From positions 145,519 through 209,518 of IMG/VR virus record IMGVR_UViG_3300008259_005066: DNA of 64,000 bases. The stretch is one strand, 5' to 3'. This document shows positions 19,692 to 29,811 of the stretch, one piece after another. Every line of letters starts with the position of its first letter. Position 1 is the first letter of the stretch. A model generated the notes under the pieces. The model had not been told where the DNA came from and did no database searches. It worked only from the letters and a program-made list of their open reading frames with translations. Position numbers and translations under genes: made by a program.

Positions 19692-20839
19692 TAGGTTTTC
19701 AAGATAACAAGATTTTCATTTCCGCGACCATTGAACTTGATCTCCGTGGCTTTGATATCTTTGAAGTATTTACGAGCCGCGGGTTTACCACTTGACAAAA
19801 GTGCTTTGAGTTGTTCTGCAGGTTTTCTCAAGGTTTTCTGTTGCGTCAGTGTAGGGTCAAAACCCACGATACTGGACCCTTTGACGCTCACAGTGCCTGC
19901 ATGAGTATCTGCTACCACATGCACCAGTTTGCGTTTTTTGGTATCATACAACCATGCTTCTGAAGCACCAACCAATTTGGCCGGTGATTCGGATGTGAGT
20001 TTGAGTTCAGCAAAGTCTTTCAAAAACTTGAACTTGGCACTTTGTTTTTCTGGACTCACGGCTTTTTTGGCACGCGGCTTGCGCTCGACTTTCTTGATCT
20101 GCACATAACTGCCACAGTCGGCAATAACCTGCTCGGCAAACTTTACGAAGTTTTTGATCTGGATTTTGCTCCAGGGGCTGTAACCTTCTACCAATTGCGC
20201 ATCTCGGCCTGCGAGCACTTCCTCAAATTCGCTTAGGCGATTTTTCCAATGATCGGCGATGGTATTCACCATCTGCGGTGCCACATTCATACCACGCAGG
20301 ATGGTGATAGGCTTGAAGTCTGCTGACATTTTGGCGCCGGATACGATGAAGTCGTCAAACATGCCCTCAAGTTCGCCCGCACACTCTGAGACTTTTTCAC
20401 GCAGGCGATCCTGGATGGTAGGACCTCGGACCAACTCTTTTTCCGCTGTTTTGATTACTTCTTTTATAGCACGAATGCTTTTTAGATGCGCAACAATGGC
20501 ATTGTCTACTGTGAGTTCTTCGTGTTCATTAAACTGATACCCCATGAGGTTCATGCGGCACAACCAGCCTACTTGGTTGCCGATGGTGCTTTCTGGCACG
20601 CGACCAAAGTCTTTGGCATCCCGCTGGCGATCGTTGCGGATCAACCAATCGATCACAAACTCTTTCACGGTTTTTTTGTCATAGTGATAGCCATACCAAG
20701 TAAAGGCCGCGATCAACTTGCTGTTGCGATTTTCCGTGTCGGGTTGGGTGCGCCATTCGGGTTCGGAACCTGTGTATTTGAGATCCGGAGATTTCGGGTG
20801 CAGGGCCTTGAGTGGTTTGAGTGCTGTTTGAGTTTTCAT
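19688..20839 (-). CDS. Conserved hypothetical protein (383 aa)
   Basis: Long ORF with AAGGAG RBS; no family recognised. Confidence 0.75.
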   Translation of the reverse strand: MKTQTALKPLKALHPKSPDLKYTGSEPEWRTQPDTENRNSKLIAAFTWYGYHYDKKTVKEFVIDWLIRNDRQRDAKDFGRVPESTIGNQVGWLCRMNLMGYQFNEHEELTVDNAIVAHLKSIRAIKEVIKTAEKELVRGPTIQDRLREKVSECAGELEGMFDDFIVSGAKMSADFKPITILRGMNVAPQMVNTIADHWKNRLSEFEEVLAGRDAQLVEGYSPWSKIQIKNFVKFAEQVIADCGSYVQIKKVERKPRAKKAVSPEKQSAKFKFLKDFAELKLTSESPAKLVGASEAWLYDTKKRKLVHVVADTHAGTVSVKGSSIVGFDPTLTQQKTLRKPAEQLKALLSSGKPAARKYFKDIKATEIKFNGRGNENLVILKTY

Positions 20840-21108
20840 CTTTGCTCCTTGTGCATGAGTTTAGCCATCAATATATGTGCTTCAAAATTTTTCAATACTT
20901 CCTCTGCCCTGACCAGTAGATCATCAAACAAGGAAGATCCACGTCCACGACGACGACAGTTGACCCATTCCGAATCGGCTTGTGCCAGCAATTCATACAC
21001 AGCACGGTGCCAGGTATAAAATTCTCTGGTGCCCATACTGGCGCCTATGCTGTTGCGATGTGCTTGATCCAAACGATCATGCAATTTTTGCCAATCTTCC
21101 AGGTCCAT
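20836..21108 (-). CDS. Hypothetical protein (90 aa)
   Basis: Start set at MDLEDWQK (21108), directly after a sigma70 -10 box; overlaps the next gene's start (ATGA). Confidence 0.65.
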   Translation of the reverse strand: MDLEDWQKLHDRLDQAHRNSIGASMGTREFYTWHRAVYELLAQADSEWVNCRRRGRGSSLFDDLLVRAEEVLKNFEAHILMAKLMHKEQR

Positions 21109-21113
21109 TGTGT

Positions 21114-21142
21114 ATTTTAGCACTTTCGGAAAATCTGGTCAA
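21114..21142 (-). promoter_or_regulatory. Sigma70-type promoter TTGACC-N17-TAAAAT
   Basis: Minus strand TTGACCagattttccgaaagtgcTAAAATacacaATG. Confidence 0.7.
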
Positions 21143-21163
21143 CCTACCCATAAATACAGCACT

Positions 21164-22492
21164 ATGCCCAGATTAAGCCTTTATCGCCCCAACAGGCAAA
21201 ACGATTACAAGTTTTTGGACCAAACCATAGCCGAAATGTATCAGGTTGGCGGCTTGGACATCTTTGTCCACAAGTATCTGGGCCCGCAACCACATGGCGA
21301 CGATAGCAGTAGCCAAACTGGTGGCACACAAGATGCCACACAACCAGCCTACAGCTATACCAATCCCTTGTTCGTGGAAGATCTGTTGCTGATAGAAAAT
21401 CGCGACAGAAAATACGATCAAGACATCTATATCATGCGCGGTGTTTACAATCAGCAGGATATCGACTTTGATCTCAGCCAGTTTGGCCTGTTCTTGAACA
21501 ATGACACCCTGTTCATCACTTTCCATTATAACGTGATGATCGATACCATGGGTCGCAAACTGATGTCGGGTGACGTGCTAGAATTTCCCAATCTCCGCGA
21601 TTACAACCCACTGAACACAGCACTACCAAAAGCCCTGCCTCGCTACTATGTGATCCAGGATGCGGCATTTGCTTCAGAAGGTTTCAGCCAAACCTGGTTG
21701 CCGCACCTGTGGCGAGTGAAAGCCACGCCCTTGGTTGGTGCGCAAGAATACAACGACATACTGAACAAACCTTTTGCTCAAGACAATATCTGGGATCCGG
21801 GCAACTACTATCCGTCAGGAAGCATAGTGCTCTACGGCGACACCTATTACCGTGCCATACAGAACACTCCGACCAGCACTGAAATAACCAACACTACCTA
21901 CTGGCAAGTCTACACTCCCGAAACCATCCAGGAGTCGATCGGCACACGCAAGAAAGATTACGAACTCAACGACGCCATACTCACACAGGCCGAATACGAA
22001 GTTCCGTTGTCAGGCTACGACACAGTTAAGTTTTACATCGTGCCCACCAACCCAGATGGCACGCCTGCTGATCCTGCTTCCATCCCCACTGCCGATTACA
22101 CAGTGGTCACTGTGGATACCACGCTGACCAATGTCAGCGATGGCAATGTGAGTCCTACTGGTGACGGCTACACATCAGGTTATTTGACCGGTGATGGTAT
22201 CGCACCCAATGGCCTGCCTGTGACACCGGGTATAGCGTTCCCATTGAATCCCAGCCAAGGCGATTATGCCTTGCGCCTGGACTACTTTCCCAATCGCTTG
22301 TTCCGATTCAACGGTGCTCGTTGGGTCAAGATCGAAGACAATGTGCGCACCAATCTCACTCCGGGTCCAGACAACAAGACCATGCGGTCGGGCTTCGTCA
22401 ACAACACCAACACAACACAGACTGCCGATCGTGGACCCATACCACAGCGTCAAGGACTGTCCAATATTCTCAAACCCGAGGCGGATAACTGA
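21164..22492 (+). CDS. gp14: Neck protein (gp14-like) with inserted carbohydrate-binding-like module
   Basis: MPRLSLYR start 7 nt after TAAATA (21151-21156); DFDLSQFGLF, FITFH, GRKLMSGDVLEFP; insert WDPGNYYPSGSIVLYGDTYY...YW. Confidence 0.65.
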   Translation: MPRLSLYRPNRQNDYKFLDQTIAEMYQVGGLDIFVHKYLGPQPHGDDSSSQTGGTQDATQPAYSYTNPLFVEDLLLIENRDRKYDQDIYIMRGVYNQQDIDFDLSQFGLFLNNDTLFITFHYNVMIDTMGRKLMSGDVLEFPNLRDYNPLNTALPKALPRYYVIQDAAFASEGFSQTWLPHLWRVKATPLVGAQEYNDILNKPFAQDNIWDPGNYYPSGSIVLYGDTYYRAIQNTPTSTEITNTTYWQVYTPETIQESIGTRKKDYELNDAILTQAEYEVPLSGYDTVKFYIVPTNPDGTPADPASIPTADYTVVTVDTTLTNVSDGNVSPTGDGYTSGYLTGDGIAPNGLPVTPGIAFPLNPSQGDYALRLDYFPNRLFRFNGARWVKIEDNVRTNLTPGPDNKTMRSGFVNNTNTTQTADRGPIPQRQGLSNILKPEADN

Positions 22493-23880
22493 TGCAACAA
22501 TTCTTCTACGACGAACAGATACGCAGATTCCTGCTACAGTTTACCAGGATGTTTTCCAACTTCCAGTGCGAATATGGGCGTAACGACGAAGGTGTAAAAG
22601 GCCTTATCCGTGTGCCCATCCGTTACGGTGACGCCAGCCGCCAGGCACAGACTGTGCTACAAAACAATTCGGCGTCAACACTGCCATCTACACCGCTGAT
22701 GACATTTTATGTCACTGATCTCGAATATGCACGTGATCGTGTGCAAGAGCCTTACTATGTGGAAAAGACCAATGTGCGCCAACGTTATTGGGACACCGAT
22801 ACACAAAGTTATGAGACCACACAAGGCAATGCGTTTACCATAGAACGCTTGATGCCTGTGCCTTTTAATTTGAAACTGCGATTGGATCTTTGGACTTCCA
22901 ATACCAACCAGAAACTACAGATCTTGGAGCAGATATTGACACTGTTCAATCCTGCGTTGGAAATACAAAGCACAGACAACTTCTTGGATTGGACCAGCCT
23001 TTCGGTATGCGAACTAGAATCGGTGACATGGAGTTCAAGATCCATACCACAAGGCACCGAAGATCCCATAGATATCGCCACGCTACAATTCACACTGCCT
23101 ATCTGGATATCACCGCCGGCCAAGGTCAAGAAACTGGGCGTGGTGCAGAAAATCGTAGCGTCAATATTTGACTCCAATGGCGACGCCATAGAAGCCATAA
23201 CCAACAATGATCTGCTGTTGGGAACAAGGCAGAAATTCACGCCCTACAACTATCAGGTGCTATTGATAGGCAATCAACTGCAGGTATTACAACCATCAGC
23301 AGTGGTGCCGGGCAAAGGCACTATCAATCCTGACAGTTCGCCACCATCCAATGTGTTTTGGCATGCTGTGGTCAATGAGTTTGGTGACTTGCAGAATGGC
23401 ATCAGTCAAGTAAGGCTTGACAATCCGTTTGATGGCACTATAATAGTGGGAACAGTGGCCTATCACCCATCGGACGATAGATTCCTTTTGTTTACCATAG
23501 ATGAAGATACCATACCTACAAATACATTGGACCCTGTGAACGCCATCATCGATCCCCAACGCAAAGGCCCTGAGGCAGGATTGCCTGCTGCCGCTGCCGG
23601 ACAGCGATATCTCTTGGTCAATGATACCGGAGCCGCCGACTATGGCAGTGGTGCACCCGCATGGACTGGCGTCAATGGAGAGATATTGCATGCCGACGCC
23701 AACGACATCATAGAATATGACGGTGAAAAATGGAACATAGCATTCAAGAGCGATCAACTCACAGATGTGCAATATGTCACAAACATAACCACCAATATAC
23801 AGTATCGCTGGGCAGCCGGAGAGTGGTTAAAGAGTTATGAAGGACTGTATCCGTCAGGCGAATGGAGTCTAGTGCTTTGA
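22492..23880 (+). CDS. gp15: Tail sheath stabiliser / tail terminator (gp15-like)
   Basis: FFYDEQIRRFLLQF..MFS, VPIRYGD, MPVPFNL, QILEQIL..FNP motifs. Confidence 0.8.
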   Translation: MQQFFYDEQIRRFLLQFTRMFSNFQCEYGRNDEGVKGLIRVPIRYGDASRQAQTVLQNNSASTLPSTPLMTFYVTDLEYARDRVQEPYYVEKTNVRQRYWDTDTQSYETTQGNAFTIERLMPVPFNLKLRLDLWTSNTNQKLQILEQILTLFNPALEIQSTDNFLDWTSLSVCELESVTWSSRSIPQGTEDPIDIATLQFTLPIWISPPAKVKKLGVVQKIVASIFDSNGDAIEAITNNDLLLGTRQKFTPYNYQVLLIGNQLQVLQPSAVVPGKGTINPDSSPPSNVFWHAVVNEFGDLQNGISQVRLDNPFDGTIIVGTVAYHPSDDRFLLFTIDEDTIPTNTLDPVNAIIDPQRKGPEAGLPAAAAGQRYLLVNDTGAADYGSGAPAWTGVNGEILHADANDIIEYDGEKWNIAFKSDQLTDVQYVTNITTNIQYRWAAGEWLKSYEGLYPSGEWSLVL

Positions 23881-24302
23881 ATGCAGTGGGTGTTTGGTTC
23901 TATTCCGTATCAACCGATCGTTATCTCTATCTCTTAAGGAATGACGATCGTAACCCCGGAACTTGGGGATTGCCTGGTGGCAAAGCCCTGGCCAACGAAA
24001 CCTTGATAGAAACCATACGCAGAGAATGCATTGAAGAACTGGGTTCGTGGCCCCAGGAGATCCGATTGGTGCCTATAGAAAAATTCACTAGCCCTGATGG
24101 CAAGTTCCATTATCATACGTTTTTCTGTAGCGTTGCAAAAGAATTTGTGCCTGAACTAAACGAAGAACATCAAGGTTATGCCTGGATTGATTCGCATACT
24201 TGGCCTAGGCCGTTGCATCCGGGCCTATGGTCGACAGTGAACTTTGATGAAGTCAAACAAAAAATGACACAGGTGCAACGCCTGCATCACACATCACAGT
24301 AA
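23862..24302 (+). CDS. Nudix hydrolase
   Basis: Nudix box WGLPGGKALANETLIETIRRECIEELG; LNEEHQGYAW. Confidence 0.9.
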   Translation: MESSALNAVGVWFYSVSTDRYLYLLRNDDRNPGTWGLPGGKALANETLIETIRRECIEELGSWPQEIRLVPIEKFTSPDGKFHYHTFFCSVAKEFVPELNEEHQGYAWIDSHTWPRPLHPGLWSTVNFDEVKQKMTQVQRLHHTSQ

Positions 24303-24958
24303 GTGATGAATCTGCGATAGTCCCACACGTCAACGTTGGCAAAATTGCGCCATGAATTGGGCGGCGGAGCGCCGTCGGTAACAAGATAAAATTTCACACC
24401 CGGATATGCACGGAACACATGAGGCATGTCAGCTGTGCTTTGTGTGTCAATCACACAGTGAGGATTGATGCCATCCACACCAATTATGAATACTTCTTGG
24501 TGACCATCAAAGGCAGCGATGTAGGCAGCTCGGGCACCTGGACTCAGTCTCACGGCATAAGGCACAGGATACAGTTGTTCAGGAAAACGCAAACAGTTGC
24601 GAGTGCTGGAATACACCACTGTGTTGGTAGTGTAATTTTTGGCTACCATGTCAGATAATTCTTTGACATTGGTCTCTATATAAAAGTCGCAACGTATCTT
24701 GCGCCACACTCCATCACAACCATAGGTCTGCAATTTCTTCTGCCCTAACAGACCACCTTTGTGATTTTCTAACACACGGACCACGTCTTCTCTGGCCGTT
24801 TCATCTTGTCCAATCACAGCGGCCCTGCCAGATATGTGTTGATTGGAAATAGAGTTAGGAACGAATTCTCTATTTTGTATTTTCATTCCACCTTTGTAAG
24901 TGGTATCTGTGATGATGAATTCACCATCATAATGTTCGCGAAAACGTGCTGTTATCAT
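24287..24958 (-). CDS. Maf/DUF115- or GT29-like nucleotide-sugar-binding protein, paralog of 39866..40453
   Basis: AAVIGQD...TYGCD...DFYIETN and AAFDGHQEVFIIGVDG parallel the motifs of the 39866 protein. Confidence 0.45.
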   Translation of the reverse strand: MITARFREHYDGEFIITDTTYKGGMKIQNREFVPNSISNQHISGRAAVIGQDETAREDVVRVLENHKGGLLGQKKLQTYGCDGVWRKIRCDFYIETNVKELSDMVAKNYTTNTVVYSSTRNCLRFPEQLYPVPYAVRLSPGARAAYIAAFDGHQEVFIIGVDGINPHCVIDTQSTADMPHVFRAYPGVKFYLVTDGAPPPNSWRNFANVDVWDYRRFITYCDV

Positions 24959-25623
24959 AATCTTCCCACCATTATTTCAATGGTGCCCTCTTCAGTTGAC
25001 TGATGATTGTCCAGTGCTTTGCCTAATACTACGCCCGGAGTATATTGGGTCACTGGCAAGGCCATGGCCACACCCGGAGTGTCGCTGGAACACAACAAAT
25101 CACCTTTGGAAATCTGTCCTTTGACCCGACAAGGGACCCGCCCAATCAGGGCCACTGGTGCTACAAATTCACCTTCCAATCCGCGATTCATCAGCACGCC
25201 AGGATTTTCAGACACAGTGCCGGCGATAGACGACTGGCATGCTTGTGTGCTTTGTGTGACTTCTTGATCTCCGCCTATGACCAAAACTGTGCCCACAGGA
25301 TATTCTGCGTCAGCTAGATATCTTTCAGCCACGTCAGCGTATTGTGCTGATGTGGCTTTAACAAATGCAGTATTAAAATATGCTGTAGCGTTTCCTATGT
25401 TACCCACACCGTTACTGCTGGCATTTTCAAAGCCATTGATAAAACTCTTGTTTGACATTGACTGCACAGCGTTAGCACCTATCAATTGATAACCACCTGG
25501 GTGTGAACCATCATGCACACGGATCACTTCTAAATCAGTGTCAATGCTTAACTCGCCGGCAGAACCAGTGAATGAGTTATTTTGTGCTGTGGTTCCCCTG
25601 CGGAACTGTAAAACGGTTGGCAT
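24955..25623 (-). CDS. Short fibre-associated protein: Mtd/hyaluronidase-like N-terminus plus peptidase-G2-like intramolecular chaperone
   Basis: LQFRRGTTAQNNSFTG..GEL.IDTD...IRVHDG; C-terminal ATSAQYADVAERY...VALIGRVPCRV.G...KGDLL...GVVLGKAL. Confidence 0.7.
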   Translation of the reverse strand: MPTVLQFRRGTTAQNNSFTGSAGELSIDTDLEVIRVHDGSHPGGYQLIGANAVQSMSNKSFINGFENASSNGVGNIGNATAYFNTAFVKATSAQYADVAERYLADAEYPVGTVLVIGGDQEVTQSTQACQSSIAGTVSENPGVLMNRGLEGEFVAPVALIGRVPCRVKGQISKGDLLCSSDTPGVAMALPVTQYTPGVVLGKALDNHQSTEEGTIEIMVGRL

Positions 25624-25648
25624 TGAATTCTCCTGTTTCTTTATTTAT

Positions 25649-28600
25649 TTAGGTTAACACACCAAGATCCACACCCTCTAGCACTTCGCCCACTGGGTCC
25701 ATCATGCTGTAAACTTCGCCCAAGTTCACACCAAACGGATCCGTGGCTGATGATTCAAACGGTGCTTCCTGCACAGTCTGGACGAAATTGTAGCTGAGGT
25801 CAAAATTACCCGTGGAGCCAGGCACCGGTTGCACCGTGGAGTTAGGATACTGGGTAGCACCACCACCTCCACCACCGCCACTCTGATCTTCCCATGTAAG
25901 TCCACCAGCACCATTGGTAGTGAGAACTTGGGCGGCATTGCCATACCCACTAGGAAATATATAGGTAAAATTTCCGGTCAGTGTAGCCGGTGATCGGAGT
26001 CCTATATAGTTGCTGTTGTCACTGTCGTTGAGGAACAGTATACCGCGATTTTGTATTTCAACGTTGGACGACGCTTTGATCAGAGCGCCAGTGACGTTGC
26101 CTGTGGCCACTAATTGTCCTGTGGTAACAAGATTACCACCAGTGATGTTACCCGTGGCGTCAACGCGACCTGCTGTAGTGATATTTCCACCTGACACATT
26201 GCCAGTGGCAATTACTTGACTTCCTGTTGTTAAATTACCGCCTGTGACATTGCCTGTCACATCTAAACTTGTAAGTGTGCCTAGAGATGTGATATTGGGC
26301 TGTGCGGCCGTGTTCAACGTTCCTGTGAGCGTGGTTGCAACTATGGTAGAAGCACCTAGATTACCAACGTTGGCGTTACCGGTGACAGACAACACTCCGG
26401 ATGTTATGAGGTTGCCGCCTGTGATGTTGCCCGTGGCCACTACCTGTGCACCGGTAGTAAGATTGCCACCAGTGACATTTCCAGACGCTGTCAAACTGGT
26501 CAATGTTCCTAGAGAACTTATATTAGGTTGTGCTGCCGTGGTCAGTGTGCCGGTTATCAGCGTTCCACTTAGGTTGCCGCTGGTAATGTTTCCAGTGACC
26601 CCTAATGATGTTAACGTGCCAACCGAAGTAATGTTGGGTTGTGCCGCTGTTGTTACTGTGCCTGCTGTGGTGGCTGCGCCTGTCAAGTCACCCACGAATG
26701 TGGTCGAGGTCACACTGGTCAGGCCAGCCACGGTGGTCACTGTGGCGCCCAGTGTGAGTGCTGTTGATCCCAGTGTGACAGCGGCATTGGCCAATCTTGC
26801 CTGTGCCAAGGTGCCACTTGAAATATTGTCAGCACTGATACTGGAGACGTTGGCGCCTGATCCATTGAGTGTGCCCACGAAGTTGCCACTGGTGACATTG
26901 CCTGTGACGGCCAAATTTGTGAGTGTGCCAACTGAGGTAATGTTGGTTTGTGCGGCTGTGCTTATGGTTCCTGTCAGTGTAGTTGCTGTGACTGTGGTAG
27001 CTCCAAGATTGCCCACGTTGGCATTGCCAGTGGCAGATATTGTTGCGGATTCAAGCCCACCAACTATGAGATTACCATAGTTGTTTACTGTGACAACATC
27101 ATTTGATACTGATACATTGGTGGCTGCTATGAGTTTACCTGCTGAGTTATCATAGCCCATGAAAGCGGCCTGTTCTGTGGTAGTGTAATACCAAAGTTCC
27201 TGGCCTCGATCTTTGCCGTCGTTGCTGGTCAGCGGTGTGTTGTTAGCGCCACGACCTAACCCAATGATTGGATCAACTACGTTAAGATTGGTGACGTTGA
27301 CGGAAATAATATTGCCACTCACAGTAAGATTTCCTGCTATTGTGACGTTGTCGCTGGCAGTAAGTGTTCCTGTTGACACTGTGCCTGTAGTGACCAAATT
27401 GCCACCCGAGACATTACCGGTGGCAGTTAAACTTGTCAGTGTACCAACGGATGTAACATTGGGTTGTGCGGCTGTTTCTAGAGTACCAGTAACAGTAGTG
27501 AATGCACCCCGTGTTCCGGAAATATTACCAGAACCCACGTTTCCAGTCACGCTCAACGAATCAAGTGTTCCCACTGATGTGATATTTGTTTGTGCGGCAG
27601 TGGTCAGCGTGCCAATGATATTGGTACCAATGAGATTACCACCAGTGACGTTGCCTGTTGCTGTGACTTGCCCTGCGGTAACGATATTGCCGCCGGTGAC
27701 GTTGCCAGTGGCTGTGATTGTTGTTCCTGCTGATACCAGCCCTGCAGTAACAAGATTGCCACCTGTGATGTTGCCGGTGGCGTCAACACGACCTGCTGTG
27801 ACGAGATTGCCACCTGTGACATTGCCAGTAGCTACTACCAATCCTGCTGTGCCAAGATTGCCCACGTTGGCATTGCCGGTAGCATTGAGTGTACCGGTGA
27901 TGTTAGCACCTGTTGTGGTGGCTACAAGCACTATGGAAGAATTTGGAGCCAACGCGATATTGGCAGCAGATGTGGTATTGATTTGTAGTGAAGTTCCAGA
28001 ATCAAAGATGTTACCACTGAGTAAAAGATTGGCACCCGACACATTGCCGGTGATATTGGCATTGCCAGACACGCTTAAAGAATTAGCTATAGAAACAATG
28101 GCATTGGCCAAAAATGACACAGTGCCGTTACCTGCTACTGGACCAACACTAATGTTAGTTGTAGATCCTGCCGCCCCGAGTGTTCCAATACTAATGGTCT
28201 TGGTTGACCCAGATGCAGTGACTCCGTTGCCAATGGCAATAGTTTGAGTTGCAGTGCTACGGCCAATGGCAATTGCACCAGTGGCTGAGGTGCCACCAAT
28301 GGTCAAAGGACCACTGGTCTGGCCGGTCATTATATTGAGTGTGCCACTGGTTATGGTAGTGAATAAACTGGTGGTGCCGGTGGTAGTTGTAGTTGCCACA
28401 TTAGGCGTAGACATTGATGTAGCATGGCTGGCTAACGCAACAGTCAAAATATTAGTGCTGGGATTGAAAGTTAGGCCTGTATCATCAGCGAATAGTGATC
28501 TATAACCACCAGCTGAGCCACTTGGACTTACATAAGGTAAATTGTAGGTTACGTTGTCATCTGGAGATTCTGTAACAAATATAAAGTTTGCGACATTGGC

Positions 28601-29734
28601 CGTGCCTGCAAGATTTCCAATAAAGTTAGGAGCTGTGATATTGCCAGTGGCATTGATGGTGCCAGTGACATTGGCGCCTGTGGTTGTTGCGACTACTACG
28701 TTTGTTCCATTTGGAGCAAGTGTAACATTACCACTTGATCCAGTGATCAAGAACAATGCACCTGTATCAACAATATTACCAGATAGATTTATATTGCCAC
28801 CGGTTATGTTGCCAGTGGCTGTGATCTGCCCTGCTGTGCCAAGATTGCCCACGTTGGCATTGCCAGAAACGGTAATAGCAGTTAAGTTAGCATTGGTAGC
28901 ACCCAGGTTACCAACGTTGGCATTGCCCGTCGCTGACAGCACGCCACTGGTTATAAGGTTACCGCCGGTGATATTGCCCGTGGCCACAACAGTATTGGCA
29001 TTGACTTCTGGAGAAGCTCCTGATAATACAGTCGTGCCGCCAGCAGGATTGGTAATGATAACTGCTGTGGCATTGGCAGAGATTTGTGCGTTGCCAAGAT
29101 AGATAGTGGAGTTGGCTAGATAGATATCTTTCCATCGGCTAGTAGTTGTACCTAGATCGTAAGTGACATTGGCCCCAGGTAATACGCTACCATAAAAAGT
29201 TGGACTGTCATTGACTGCAAATGTTATAGTATCTGTTGTAGCATTGCCTGTGATTACAATGTTATTGCCAGTTGAGAATGTAACTGTGTCGCCCACAATG
29301 TCTGCCAGTACCGCAGTGCCATTGGCATAGATGTTGCCAAACGCGAATGCAGAGTTCTGTTCAAAGGTCAGTGCAGTGACGCCAATGGTGATGGGATCGT
29401 TTGTGGTCAGTTTCCACTGGGTGTCTTTATAGGTCACACCTTCGGTGACCATGACGATGGTTCCAGCATTGAGTTCGCCGGACTCGTTGGTATCTACTGA
29501 TCTAATCCAAGTGCCATTTGATCCTGTGCCCAACACTGATACCTGATAAACACCGTTTTGGCTACCAGTGGATTGGCCGGCTACTAGGATTCTGCTACCT
29601 ATGCTCAAACTCACACCATCCACTGTGCTGGGCGCACCGCCTGCCAGTGTGACGTCGGTCAGCGTGATCACGCGGACCGCTTGTTTGTAGTCTATGTCAA
29701 ATATCTGATAGGCGCGAGGTTTAGTTAATCCCAT
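25649..29734 (-). CDS. Tail/whisker fibre protein (1361 aa) with GNITGGN repeats
   Basis: N-terminal RILVAGQSTGSQNGVY module, many ATGN(I/V)TGGN(L/I) and TAAQPNITS(V/L)GTL repeats. Confidence 0.8.
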   Translation of the reverse strand: MGLTKPRAYQIFDIDYKQAVRVITLTDVTLAGGAPSTVDGVSLSIGSRILVAGQSTGSQNGVYQVSVLGTGSNGTWIRSVDTNESGELNAGTIVMVTEGVTYKDTQWKLTTNDPITIGVTALTFEQNSAFAFGNIYANGTAVLADIVGDTVTFSTGNNIVITGNATTDTITFAVNDSPTFYGSVLPGANVTYDLGTTTSRWKDIYLANSTIYLGNAQISANATAVIITNPAGGTTVLSGASPEVNANTVVATGNITGGNLITSGVLSATGNANVGNLGATNANLTAITVSGNANVGNLGTAGQITATGNITGGNINLSGNIVDTGALFLITGSSGNVTLAPNGTNVVVATTTGANVTGTINATGNITAPNFIGNLAGTANVANFIFVTESPDDNVTYNLPYVSPSGSAGGYRSLFADDTGLTFNPSTNILTVALASHATSMSTPNVATTTTTGTTSLFTTITSGTLNIMTGQTSGPLTIGGTSATGAIAIGRSTATQTIAIGNGVTASGSTKTISIGTLGAAGSTTNISVGPVAGNGTVSFLANAIVSIANSLSVSGNANITGNVSGANLLLSGNIFDSGTSLQINTTSAANIALAPNSSIVLVATTTGANITGTLNATGNANVGNLGTAGLVVATGNVTGGNLVTAGRVDATGNITGGNLVTAGLVSAGTTITATGNVTGGNIVTAGQVTATGNVTGGNLIGTNIIGTLTTAAQTNITSVGTLDSLSVTGNVGSGNISGTRGAFTTVTGTLETAAQPNVTSVGTLTSLTATGNVSGGNLVTTGTVSTGTLTASDNVTIAGNLTVSGNIISVNVTNLNVVDPIIGLGRGANNTPLTSNDGKDRGQELWYYTTTEQAAFMGYDNSAGKLIAATNVSVSNDVVTVNNYGNLIVGGLESATISATGNANVGNLGATTVTATTLTGTISTAAQTNITSVGTLTNLAVTGNVTSGNFVGTLNGSGANVSSISADNISSGTLAQARLANAAVTLGSTALTLGATVTTVAGLTSVTSTTFVGDLTGAATTAGTVTTAAQPNITSVGTLTSLGVTGNITSGNLSGTLITGTLTTAAQPNISSLGTLTSLTASGNVTGGNLTTGAQVVATGNITGGNLITSGVLSVTGNANVGNLGASTIVATTLTGTLNTAAQPNITSLGTLTSLDVTGNVTGGNLTTGSQVIATGNVSGGNITTAGRVDATGNITGGNLVTTGQLVATGNVTGALIKASSNVEIQNRGILFLNDSDNSNYIGLRSPATLTGNFTYIFPSGYGNAAQVLTTNGAGGLTWEDQSGGGGGGGATQYPNSTVQPVPGSTGNFDLSYNFVQTVQEAPFESSATDPFGVNLGEVYSMMDPVGEVLEGVDLGVLT

Positions 29735-29762
29735 GTTTTACCCAGGTTTGATATATTTATGG

Positions 29763-29795
29763 AAAAAAATAGGGCCAACCAGTGGCCCTATTTTT
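29763..29795 (-). terminator. Intrinsic terminator between fibre genes
   Basis: AAAAATAGGGCCA-ACCAG-TGGCCCTATTTTT inverted repeat with T-tract. Confidence 0.8.
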
Positions 29796-29811
29796 GGTAA
29801 GTTTGCGCAGA

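Noticed and set aside
24955-25623. Diversity-generating retroelement suggested by the Mtd-like N-terminus
   Set aside because: No reverse transcriptase and no template/variable repeat pair differing at adenines is visible in the window; the domain seen is the N-terminal anchor, not the variable C-type lectin.
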